63,819 nucleotides of DNA from Candidatus Hydrogenedentota bacterium (lineage in GTDB: Bacteria; Hydrogenedentota; Hydrogenedentia; Hydrogenedentales; JAEUWI01), in the NCBI GenBank assembly GCA_034669905.1, contig JAXMOL010000047.1, positions 1 to 63,819 on the forward strand. Reading direction: 5' to 3'. The notes under the pieces are model-generated. The model was given only the letters and a program-made list of their open reading frames with translations. It had not been told where the DNA came from and searched no databases. A program made the position numbers and the translations under genes. This document shows positions 27,032-35,772 of this stretch, in pieces (position 1 is the stretch's first letter; each line of letters begins with the position of its first letter).

Positions 27032-30025
27032 CTAGTTTTTCTCGGTGGATTCGGCGACGGCGATATCGCGCTCAGGGGACGGCTCCGCAGGGGGGCGATA
27101 ACAATCCAGGGCTTCGAGCAAGCGTGCAAAGCGGATGGGTTTGGTCAGAAAGTCATTCATGCCCGCCGCGAGGCATGCCTGGACTTCATCACAGTCATCC
27201 AGGCCGGACAGTCCCACGATCGGAAGGGCCTCCGCATTCTTTAGCTCCCGAATTCGGCGGGTCGCTTCCAGGCCGTTCATGATAGGCATGCGGACGTCCA
27301 TGAGTATGACATCAAAGGGTTCCCCACAGGCCCGGTCCACAGCCGCTTTTCCATCCGAGACGAACTCGACCCTGTCCGGGAGGCGCTTAAAGTAGGCCGC
27401 CATGAATTCCCGGTTGCGTTCCAGGTCATCGGCGATCAAAACGCGCAAGGCCCTTCCCTTTGACTGGGCGATTGCCCGGCTCCGCTTAGCGCCCGGGTCT
27501 CGCTTGGCGCAATAGTGGTCGACCCGCTCGTAGAGGGTACTGAGTTGCACCGGTTTGCCCAGGTGCTCCGTGCACCCGGCGTCAAGGCAATCCCGGATTG
27601 CGAATTCATTTACACTCGCGGTGAGCGCGATGATGGGCGTGCGTCCAAAGCCCGCCAGCGCACGAATGCGGGTCGTTGCCTGAAAGCCATCCATGACGGG
27701 CATGTGCATGTCCATGAGGATGAGATCGGGCTTGAAGGTGGGGGTGAGCTCCAGGGCTTCGCGCCCATTCTGAGCGATTTCGACCGTGTAGCCCCGGGGC
27801 AGGAGGGCTTGTTGGATGAGGAACACATTGGTTTCCACGTCATCGACGAGCAGTATCCGCCCGGAGCATTGGGCCGGGTGATGGCCATTGCCCGGCGATG
27901 GGCTGGTGACGACGGGCACCTCGGCCGCCGTAGCTTTCAGGGTAAACCAGAAGAGACTTCCGCCGCCTTTTCGGTCTTGATAGCCCACTTCACCGCCATG
28001 CAGGTGGACCAGTTTTTTGACCAGGGCCAGGCCAATGCCGCTGCCACCCAGATTGGAATCGCGCACATGGTCGGATTGGAAGAATTCGGAGAACACCTGC
28101 GACTGATGGGTCACAGGAACGCCCGGGCCGCGATCGGCCACGTGGAATTCGACCATGCCCTCTGCGGTTTCATGGGCGCTGATGTCAATGCGTTCTCCCT
28201 GCGGAGAAAACTTGATGGCGTTGCTCATGAGGTTGATGAGAATCTGCCGTGCCCGGCGCATGTCGACCTTTACGCGGAGCTGCCTGGGAATCCTGAAGGC
28301 CAACTCAATGGATTTCTCACTGGCGCTCGCGCGGACCATCGCGGCCGCAGAGTCCACGATTTGCTCTACGGCGGCGGGCACCAGATCGAGGCTGATGGCA
28401 TCGATGTCGGCCTTGCTGAGATCCAGAAGGTCTTCGATGAGGGTCAGCAGATGGGTCGAACAACTGGAGATATTGGTGAGGTCGTTGTGCTGCGCTTCGT
28501 TCAGCGGACCGTGCACTTCTTCCAGCATCAGTTGTGTAAAGCCGAGGATGCCGTTCAGGGGCGTGCGGAGTTCGTGGCTCATGGATGACAGAAACCGGCT
28601 TTTGCTCCGGTTGGCTTCTTCGGCGTCCTGCCGTGCGGCCAAGGCCTGGCGAATGGCCATGACCCGGTCGGTAATATTGCGGCCTACGATCCGATAGCCC
28701 GTGAGTTCTGCCCCGGTAAAAATCGGTTGGACGTTCTGGCCAATCCAGCGCTCCATATCATTGTCATGAATGGAGGTTTGGAATTCCTGGTAGAGCCGCG
28801 GCTGGGCGTTGAAATCCTGGGCCCGGATCTGGGCCTTCAATCGGCTGGCGTGGGCGGGGTGAACGAAGTCATAGCAGCTGCGGCCTATCAGGTTTTCACC
28901 GCGGGAAAGGAGGCGACAGGTGGCCGTGTTCATGTAGGTGAAATGGCCCGCTGCGTCTGTCTCGTAGATTAAATCAACCGCGTTCTCTACAAAGTCGCGA
29001 AGCCGATGTTCCAATTGACGGCGGGCGGTGATGTCCCGCACGGCCGTCGCGTCTATCACGTGCTCATCGGGCCGGTCTTTGAGGGCGCCAAACTCAATGC
29101 TGAAGCGATGCCCGTTCTTGTGCAGCGCGACGGACTCGTGGACTTCGCCATCCCGTTGAATTCCGGTGGCGGAGTGAAAGGTCTTACGGCCGAAGGGGGA
29201 ATGGGAGCGAACCTCCGGAGCCAATAAAGCGTCCATCGACTTGCCCAGAAACTCTTCCCGTGTATAGCCGAAGAGCCGGGTGGCCTGTTCATTCACGTCG
29301 ACGATGGCGCCATTGCGGTGCAGAAAAATCGCTTCCAGGGTGGCTTCTGAGAGACGCCGTAACCGCTCTTCGGCCCGGGCCGTTTCCTGGACAGCGTTGG
29401 TGAGTTGTTGGCGCTGAAATTCGTTGGCGATTTGTGTGTCGTGCAAACGATCAAAGGCCCGAATGCGAATGGTGTGAACGAGCAGGGAAAGGACGGAGAT
29501 CTCAAGGACAAAGAAGGCCAGATGAACCACGTCTTCGCTGTGTGCGAGCGTGCCCGAAATGCCAAGCCACGTCCCCAGGATGAGGACAAGGGCGACGATG
29601 AGCCATCGGGTCGAATAGAAAAAGATGCCACATCCCAAGATAACCAGCACGAAATTGGTGGTTTCCTGGGGTTGCCTGGAGAGATAAAGGTGGAGTCCGG
29701 AATTGACGGTAATAATCCCCGTGAGCATCACGGCGAGGGGATGGGCAAGACGAATACGGACCGGGCTGCGATAGAGGTAGATAAACGTGACCAGACAGAG
29801 CAGGCCGCTCGTGGTGGCGGCCACCATCATGATCAGGCGAATGGCAGGGTCGAGAAAAATGGCGTGGGATACCGCAAAGACGGCATAGAGTCCGGTCAGC
29901 ACCGCCGCGACGTAGGTCATGCTGTTCCATACGGCAGCCGCACGGGCCTGGCGACGATCCTCGCTGGATGCCAGCGCTTGGATGGGTGCGCCGGAATCGT
30001 GTTGCTGTGCCCCACTGTTGGCCAT
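27032..30025 (-). CDS. Hybrid sensor histidine kinase (TM-PAS-PAS-HisKA-HATPase-REC-REC)
   Basis: FLSSMSHELRTPLNG, NLMSNAIKF, GSGIGL, LMDMHMP, LMDVRMP. Confidence 0.93.
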   Translation of the reverse strand: MANSGAQQHDSGAPIQALASSEDRRQARAAAVWNSMTYVAAVLTGLYAVFAVSHAIFLDPAIRLIMMVAATTSGLLCLVTFIYLYRSPVRIRLAHPLAVMLTGIITVNSGLHLYLSRQPQETTNFVLVILGCGIFFYSTRWLIVALVLILGTWLGISGTLAHSEDVVHLAFFVLEISVLSLLVHTIRIRAFDRLHDTQIANEFQRQQLTNAVQETARAEERLRRLSEATLEAIFLHRNGAIVDVNEQATRLFGYTREEFLGKSMDALLAPEVRSHSPFGRKTFHSATGIQRDGEVHESVALHKNGHRFSIEFGALKDRPDEHVIDATAVRDITARRQLEHRLRDFVENAVDLIYETDAAGHFTYMNTATCRLLSRGENLIGRSCYDFVHPAHASRLKAQIRAQDFNAQPRLYQEFQTSIHDNDMERWIGQNVQPIFTGAELTGYRIVGRNITDRVMAIRQALAARQDAEEANRSKSRFLSSMSHELRTPLNGILGFTQLMLEEVHGPLNEAQHNDLTNISSCSTHLLTLIEDLLDLSKADIDAISLDLVPAAVEQIVDSAAAMVRASASEKSIELAFRIPRQLRVKVDMRRARQILINLMSNAIKFSPQGERIDISAHETAEGMVEFHVADRGPGVPVTHQSQVFSEFFQSDHVRDSNLGGSGIGLALVKKLVHLHGGEVGYQDRKGGGSLFWFTLKATAAEVPVVTSPSPGNGHHPAQCSGRILLVDDVETNVFLIQQALLPRGYTVEIAQNGREALELTPTFKPDLILMDMHMPVMDGFQATTRIRALAGFGRTPIIALTASVNEFAIRDCLDAGCTEHLGKPVQLSTLYERVDHYCAKRDPGAKRSRAIAQSKGRALRVLIADDLERNREFMAAYFKRLPDRVEFVSDGKAAVDRACGEPFDVILMDVRMPIMNGLEATRRIRELKNAEALPIVGLSGLDDCDEVQACLAAGMNDFLTKPIRFARLLEALDCYRPPAEPSPERDIAVAESTEKN

Positions 30026-30153
30026 GCAATAAGCCCCTGTGTGCGTTTTACGAGATATGGAGTGCTTTGGACTAATATCGTAGAACTACGGTTACAGTAT
30101 ACATGGGAGCGGTTCTGGTGTCTATGGTAGATGACATGTTGGCAGGGGGCACG

Positions 30154-30187
30154 AAAAGGCCCCCACACACCATCAGGTGGTGGGGGC
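30154..30187 (-). terminator. Intrinsic terminator downstream of Gfo/Idh/MocA gene
   Basis: Minus strand GCCCCCAC...GTGGGGGC followed by CTTTT. Confidence 0.55.
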
Positions 30188-30216
30188 GTCAGTGTGTACA
30201 TCAGGCACTTACGTGA

Positions 30217-31611
30217 CTAGCAGGGAAGTTCCCAGCCTTTGCGGTATTCTTTCGAGATCAGCGTGGCGGCGTCTTTGTCGTTCGTGACCTTGCCGTTGAC
30301 CGCGTCCCACTCGAGCTTTTTGCCCGTGCGCACCGTCAGGTTGCCGAAATTCACCATCTCGGTGAAGGGGCCGGCGTAGTCAAAGCTGGAGCCGGGCTTG
30401 GGTCCGCCCTTGATGCCATCGAGCCAGTTCTTGTAATGGTCTTCCCCTTCAATGCGGGGGATGGTTTTTTCGGGGCGTTTGTAATCGGCCATGCGGGCCG
30501 CAGGCAAGAGGCGGGATTCACCGCCGTAGGTTCCCGTCGTCAAGAGGCCATCCGAGCCGAAGTACAGGGATCCATTGGCGCCACCACCAATTTCTTCGCC
30601 TTCTGGAACGCCTTCGGGGCGAGGGGGCAGGTTGTAGGTCTTCTCGCCCGTAGCCGAATCCACTCGGAATCCATCGTACCAGTAGACTTCCACCGGGGGC
30701 ATGCCCGCACGGGCCGGGAACGAATACTTGATGGTGGACAGGAGCGGCGCACACTCATCGGTGGCCCCTTCTTGTTCAATCAGTTCGACGGTGAAGCTCT
30801 TGGCTTCGTTCAGCTTGAGGGCACGGTAGGCCGGGTCCATGATGTGGCAGGCCATATCGCCGAGGGCGCCGCAACCAAAATCCCACCAGCCACGCCAGTT
30901 AAAGGGCGCGTACTTTGCATTGTAGTCCCGGGTCGGCGCGTTGCCAATCCAGAGATCCCAATCCATCGTTTCGGGAATCGGCTCTGCGGCCAGGGGGGCC
31001 GCGATACCCTGGGGCCAGACCGGGCGGTTCGTCCAGGTGTACACTTTTTGTACATCCCCGATGGCACCGTCCCAAAGCATTTCGCAGAGGTCACGCACGC
31101 CGTCACCCGAGTTGCCCTGATTACCCATCTGGGTAACCACGCCGGTTTCCTTGGCCAGGTTGGTCAAGAGGCGGGCTTCGGCGATGGTGTGGGTCAGGGG
31201 TTTTTGCACGTATACGTGCTTGCCCATGCTCATGGCCTGGTAGGCCGCCGGCGCGTGGGTGTGGTCCGGCGTGGAAATCGTCACCGCGTCGATTTCGGGC
31301 ATGGAATCGAGCATTTCACGGTAATCTTTGAACTGCCTGGCATCGGGAAGCTTGTAGAAGGCCTCGCCTGCACGATTCCAATCCGGATCCGCCAGTGCCA
31401 CGAAATTCTCTTTGTGCTTCAGGCAGCCATTGATATCTGCCCAGCCCTTACCACCAGCACCGATGGCCGCGATATTCAGCTGCTCGTTGGGGGAGAATTT
31501 CTTCGGTACGACCCGTGCGGTATTGGTCGTGGTGCAGCTCGACAGGGCGACGGCTGTTGTCGTTGTCGTGGCGGCCAGGAAGGCGCGGCGAGACAGTTTG
31601 GATTGGCTCAT
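30217..31611 (-). CDS. Tat-exported Gfo/Idh/MocA oxidoreductase (paralogue 1, possible lipoprotein)
   Basis: SRRAFL Tat motif, LSSC, IGAGGKG, STPDHTH, YVQKPL, GDMACH. Confidence 0.92.
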   Translation of the reverse strand: MSQSKLSRRAFLAATTTTTAVALSSCTTTNTARVVPKKFSPNEQLNIAAIGAGGKGWADINGCLKHKENFVALADPDWNRAGEAFYKLPDARQFKDYREMLDSMPEIDAVTISTPDHTHAPAAYQAMSMGKHVYVQKPLTHTIAEARLLTNLAKETGVVTQMGNQGNSGDGVRDLCEMLWDGAIGDVQKVYTWTNRPVWPQGIAAPLAAEPIPETMDWDLWIGNAPTRDYNAKYAPFNWRGWWDFGCGALGDMACHIMDPAYRALKLNEAKSFTVELIEQEGATDECAPLLSTIKYSFPARAGMPPVEVYWYDGFRVDSATGEKTYNLPPRPEGVPEGEEIGGGANGSLYFGSDGLLTTGTYGGESRLLPAARMADYKRPEKTIPRIEGEDHYKNWLDGIKGGPKPGSSFDYAGPFTEMVNFGNLTVRTGKKLEWDAVNGKVTNDKDAATLISKEYRKGWELPC

Positions 31612-31929
31612 GATCGAATTTCCTCTAAAGCAAAACTAAAGCGAGGCGGGGAAGCCCCCGTCGTGAAACAAAGATTTGGCCTATGGTAGCGGATTAAGGC
31701 GCAATATTCCATTCCGGGGCGGTGATTCTGTGCCGGGTAGGTCGGCTGGGCACGGAAAGGGACGCGCCGATATCCGCGTGAACGCAGGGTTTTCTGCGAC
31801 GCAAACCCAAAATCGGGCGCCTTCCCCCGGATTCCCACCGACCTGGAGGGCCTTGTGCTACGAACTACTGGTGTGAATCAGAATTGTGGACATTTAAGTT
31901 CGCTTGAACTTGTGGGGAAATTGGTAATG

Positions 31930-32033
31930 AATTTCCCTCCTGGGAGGGTCGCAGATGCGCCGTGGCGGATTAGGGGTGGGTTGGAAATTCTTTCGGGAAT
32001 TGACCCACCCCCGGCCCCTCCAGGGAGGGGAGT
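31930..32033. repeat. REP-like inverted doublet, CCCCTCC-nnn-GGAGGGG family
   Basis: TGACCCACCCCCGGCCCCTCCAGGGAGGGGAG at 32001; same family at 53609, 55454, 55506 and partially at 59113. Confidence 0.7.
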
Positions 32034-32110
32034 AATCCTCAGTAACTCAGGTAATTCAGGTTACCGTAATAATGGCCCATCTGGTTGAATCAAACCACTA
32101 CTACGTCACC

Positions 32111-33466
32111 TCAGACCGGTAAATCCCACCCTTTGTGGTACGTCGTGCTGAGGAGGGCCGAAGCTGCCGGATTGTCTTGGATGGTGCCCGACGCGAAGTC
32201 GTAGGTCACCGCGGTGCCGGTCCGGAGCGCAATATTGCCCAGGAGCACCATTTCCGTGAAGGGCCCCGCATAGTCAAAATGAGAGCACGCCGGGTCACCA
32301 CCCTTACAGGCCTCAATCCAGTTGCGGTAGTGGGAGCCCTTGACCCGTTTCAACGTTTCGTCCGGGAGTGCGTAGTCCTCCATTCGGAGGTCGGGCAGGA
32401 GGCGGGTCTTGTTGCCATAGGTGCCGGTCGTCAACACGCCCTGGCTACCAACCAGAATCGAGCCATTGTCCCCATCGCCCATTTTTTCACCATTGGGAAT
32501 GCCTTCGGGCCGCTCGGGCAATTTGCCGCCGTCGTACCAGAAGAAATCGACGGCGGGAAGGCCCGCCCGCTCGGGGAAGTGGTATTTCAACACCGACGCC
32601 GTGGGCACCAATACGTCGGTCATGCCTTCCTGCATGACCCGCTCCACCGTGAAGCCCGGCGCATCGCCCAGTTTCAGCGCCCAATAGGCGGGGTCCATGA
32701 TATGACAGGCCATATCGCCGAGGGCGCCACAGCCATAATCCCACCATACCCGCCACTTGTTGGGGTGGAGGATTTCGCTGTAGGGACGACGGACCCCATT
32801 GCCCAACCACAGGTCCCAGTCCATTTCCTTGGGGATAGGCTCCCCCGATTCCAGTGCGGCGGGGTCCCGGTGCCAGCGTCCCCCCGGTCGGTCGGTCCAG
32901 GCATGGGCCTCACGCACTTCGCCAATGGCACCATCCCAGAAGATTTCGCAGAATCGGCGCGTGCCGCTGCCGGAATGGCCCTGGTTGCCCATCTGCGTGA
33001 CCACGCCCATCTCCCGGGCGACCTTCGTCAACAGGCGGGCTTCGGCCACCGTGTGGGTCAGGGGTTTCTGGACGTAGACATGTTTCCCGTGCATCATGGC
33101 CGCGTAGGCCGCCGGTGCGTGGGTGTGATCCGGCGTGGAAATGGTCACGGCATCAATTTCGGGCATCTTATCGAGCATGACCCGGTAATCTTTAAACTGC
33201 TTGGCGTTGGGCAGTTTATAGAAGGCTTCCCCGGCCCGTTCCCAATCCACATCCGCCATGGCCACCACGTTTTCTTTGCGCATATTCATGATATCGCTCA
33301 GGCCCTTGCCGCCCACACCGATACCCGCCACATTCAGCTTTTCGTTGGGGGAAATCTTCCGGGGCACCACTTTCGCGTCATTGGCACGGACGATGGCGGG
33401 CGTCAGGGCCACGGCGCTGGTGGTGGCCGCCAGAAAGGCGCGGCGGGTGAGATCGGATTGGCTCAT
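32111..33466 (-). CDS. Tat-exported Gfo/Idh/MocA oxidoreductase (paralogue 2)
   Basis: TRRAFL, IGVGGKG, STPDHTH, YVQKPL, GDMACH. Confidence 0.92.
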   Translation of the reverse strand: MSQSDLTRRAFLAATTSAVALTPAIVRANDAKVVPRKISPNEKLNVAGIGVGGKGLSDIMNMRKENVVAMADVDWERAGEAFYKLPNAKQFKDYRVMLDKMPEIDAVTISTPDHTHAPAAYAAMMHGKHVYVQKPLTHTVAEARLLTKVAREMGVVTQMGNQGHSGSGTRRFCEIFWDGAIGEVREAHAWTDRPGGRWHRDPAALESGEPIPKEMDWDLWLGNGVRRPYSEILHPNKWRVWWDYGCGALGDMACHIMDPAYWALKLGDAPGFTVERVMQEGMTDVLVPTASVLKYHFPERAGLPAVDFFWYDGGKLPERPEGIPNGEKMGDGDNGSILVGSQGVLTTGTYGNKTRLLPDLRMEDYALPDETLKRVKGSHYRNWIEACKGGDPACSHFDYAGPFTEMVLLGNIALRTGTAVTYDFASGTIQDNPAASALLSTTYHKGWDLPV

Positions 33467-33532
33467 GAGGGGCTCCTTGGTGTGGTTGGCTACAACTGGC
33501 AGAAGTTAGACAGGGACACAGGCGGTGAAGTT

Positions 33533-34373
33533 TCAGAGGCTTGCCCCCATTTTGCTCCCCCTTTACAATCAGCGGGGCGCGATGATGGCGACGATTGAGG
33601 TTGCGGCTTGACCCCATTTTGCTCCCCCTTTACAATGCCAAGCGCCAGATTCATACGGATGTGAGTGTTGCGGCTTGACCCCATTTTGCTCCCCCTTTAC
33701 AATCATGCGGAACGGCAAGAAGCAGTACCTGATGTTGCGGCTTGACCCCATTTTGCTCCCCCTTTACAATAAGCTCTGCCTCGAGCATACGCTTGCACTC
33801 GTTGCGGCTTGACCCCATTTTGCTCCCCCTTTACAATAACCGCCTGCAGGCCCACCCACCAACGATCGTTGCGGCTTGACCCCATTTTGCTCCCCCTTTA
33901 CAATTCATGTTTGTGGGTGCTTGGGAGTAATTCCGTTGCGGCTTGACCCCATTTTGCTCCCCCTTTACAATCAACTCAGGCAGCGGTACACCGACGTCGT
34001 TGTTGCGGCTTGACCCCATTTTGCTCCCCCTTTACAATGAGTGGCGCAGAACAGTTGCGCGTGTCGGTGTTGCGGCTTGACCCCATTTTGCTCCCCCTTT
34101 ACAATCCATACCACGGGATTGAGCCTGGCGGATGAGTTGCGGCTTGACCCCATTTTGCTCCCCCTTTACAATCGTTGCCTTGGGAACGAGCAAGTTTAAG
34201 GAGTTGCGGCTTGACCCCATTTTGCTCCCCCTTTACAATGTAGGGGCTTGCGCCCCTGGGTTAGATTGCGTTGCGGCTTGACCCCATTTTGCTCCCCCTT
34301 TACAATTGATCGACCGCAGGCCGCGCATACTCGCTAGTTGCGGCTTGACCCCATTTTGCTCCCCCTTTACAAT
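33533..34373 (+). CRISPR. Type II-C CRISPR array: 13 repeats (12 identical, 1 degenerate at 33533) and 12 spacers of 30 bp
   Basis: 37-bp repeat GTTGCGGCTTGACCCCATTTTGCTCCCCCTTTACAAT with exact 67-bp period (33600...34337); + strand inferred from tracrRNA complementarity. Confidence 0.98.
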
Positions 34374-34501
34374 CCATGACCCTGCAAAGGCTTGGATTGC
34401 AGGGGGTTAGAGGTAAGTTGCTGGATAAAAAACCCGTTGGCTTCTCGGTGTTCAGGCCTGAATTGGAGGGTTTTTTCGAAGGCCCCTGATCGCCAACTTC
34501 G

Positions 34502-34852
34502 TCAAAAGAGGGCAAGTTGGCCGCGCTCACTGGGCGCGACGTATTTTTCCTGGTTAAAGAAGTGGAGCATGTTTTCGTATTGCTTGTCGGTGAACACGAG
34601 CACCGTAACTTTACCCCCCGACGGCAGGGCGGCACGGATGCGCTCCACCAGGGATTCGCAGCGCTCCCGGCTGACGCAGCAGCGCATATAGACGGAGAAT
34701 TGGGCCATTTCGAAGCCCATGTCCAGTAGATGTTGCCGAAAGCGGGTCGCCTCTTTTCGCTCGGATTTCTCCACGACGGGCAAATCAAACATCGTAAGCA
34801 TCCACATGATTCGGTATCCACTCCGTTGGCTGATAGGCGTTGTATCTTCCAC
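34502..34852 (-). CDS. cas2: CRISPR-associated endoribonuclease Cas2
   Basis: SGYRIMWMLTMFDLPV...QFSVY...TDKQY; GTG start overlapping the cas1 stop is inferred. Confidence 0.93.
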   Translation of the reverse strand: MEDTTPISQRSGYRIMWMLTMFDLPVVEKSERKEATRFRQHLLDMGFEMAQFSVYMRCCVSRERCESLVERIRAALPSGGKVTVLVFTDKQYENMLHFFNQEKYVAPSERGQLALF

Positions 34853-35772
34853 TATTTCATGTCCTGCGTGTGCTCCCGGTGCAGCCCTGCAGGCAGGAGT
34901 AGGGTGCGACGGCGACCTTCGCAGGCATCGGCGAGAGAGCGGGTCATCCGCAATATACATTCGGACAGCGGGCTTGCCATGTCGTCAAAGGTGAGATCGA
35001 CGTTGGTCACTGTACTCAGCCGCTCTTTTGCCTCCCTGTCCAGCGTGGGGCCATTCTCCCGTTCAACGGCCAGCTGATATACGAGGAGGTCCACCACAGG
35101 TCGAAAAGGTTCGATGAGATCATCGACCAGGGGCATGGTATCTCGCAGGTTGCAGTGGTGGAGCCCGAAGGCGGGGTGAAGCCCTGCCAGCATGACGCCC
35201 CGAGCTACCGCAGCGCGCAAGATGGTATACCCGTAGTTGAGCATGGCGTTTACCCCCGATTCGGACCGGATGCGACGAAAGTCAGGGCCGAAGAGGAGGG
35301 GCCAGTAAATGCGGGCCCCTTCCCCTTCGGCGTTTTCGGGGTCCCCGGAGCGCACCGTAGCCGCCAGCCGGGTCAGGCGCGCACTTTCTCTGCCCGTGCA
35401 TCGGTGCAGGGTTTCGAGCTGCGCCAAGAGTTTGGCGCCTACCAGTTGTTGCCAGAGTCGCTTCTTTAGCGGCGTTTTGAGGGTCGCCTGGGCCCGAATC
35501 CTGCCCGACTGGAGGCGATGACTTTCCAGTGACCAGAGCATCGACTTAGGTAGAAAGCGTTGGTCACATATCACCAGCGGGATAGCCCGCTCGGCCAGGG
35601 TGTTGAGCAACTCGCTCGTACAGGTCATCCCATGGCCAGCAAAGAGCACCACCTCCAAGTCATCCAGCGGTATGCGACCGAGTTCTTCCTGCTCGGCCCG
35701 GACTTGCAAAAAGCCCCGTTCCTTTCGCAGATGACGTCCTGTGCCGGTAATTTCAATCGCTCTCTGAATCAT
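34852..35772 (-). CDS. cas1: CRISPR-associated endonuclease Cas1 (type II)
   Basis: SGDPENAEGEGARIYW, NAMLNYGY, GLHH, DDLIEPFRP. Confidence 0.96.
   Translation of the reverse strand: MIQRAIEITGTGRHLRKERGFLQVRAEQEELGRIPLDDLEVVLFAGHGMTCTSELLNTLAERAIPLVICDQRFLPKSMLWSLESHRLQSGRIRAQATLKTPLKKRLWQQLVGAKLLAQLETLHRCTGRESARLTRLAATVRSGDPENAEGEGARIYWPLLFGPDFRRIRSESGVNAMLNYGYTILRAAVARGVMLAGLHPAFGLHHCNLRDTMPLVDDLIEPFRPVVDLLVYQLAVERENGPTLDREAKERLSTVTNVDLTFDDMASPLSECILRMTRSLADACEGRRRTLLLPAGLHREHTQDMK

Noticed and set aside
33378..34220. Series of short MGSSRN... ORFs
   Set aside because: Translations of CRISPR repeats on the minus strand
33570..34336. Self-targeting spacers within the window
   Set aside because: No protospacer match noticed by eye; needs BLASTN to be conclusive
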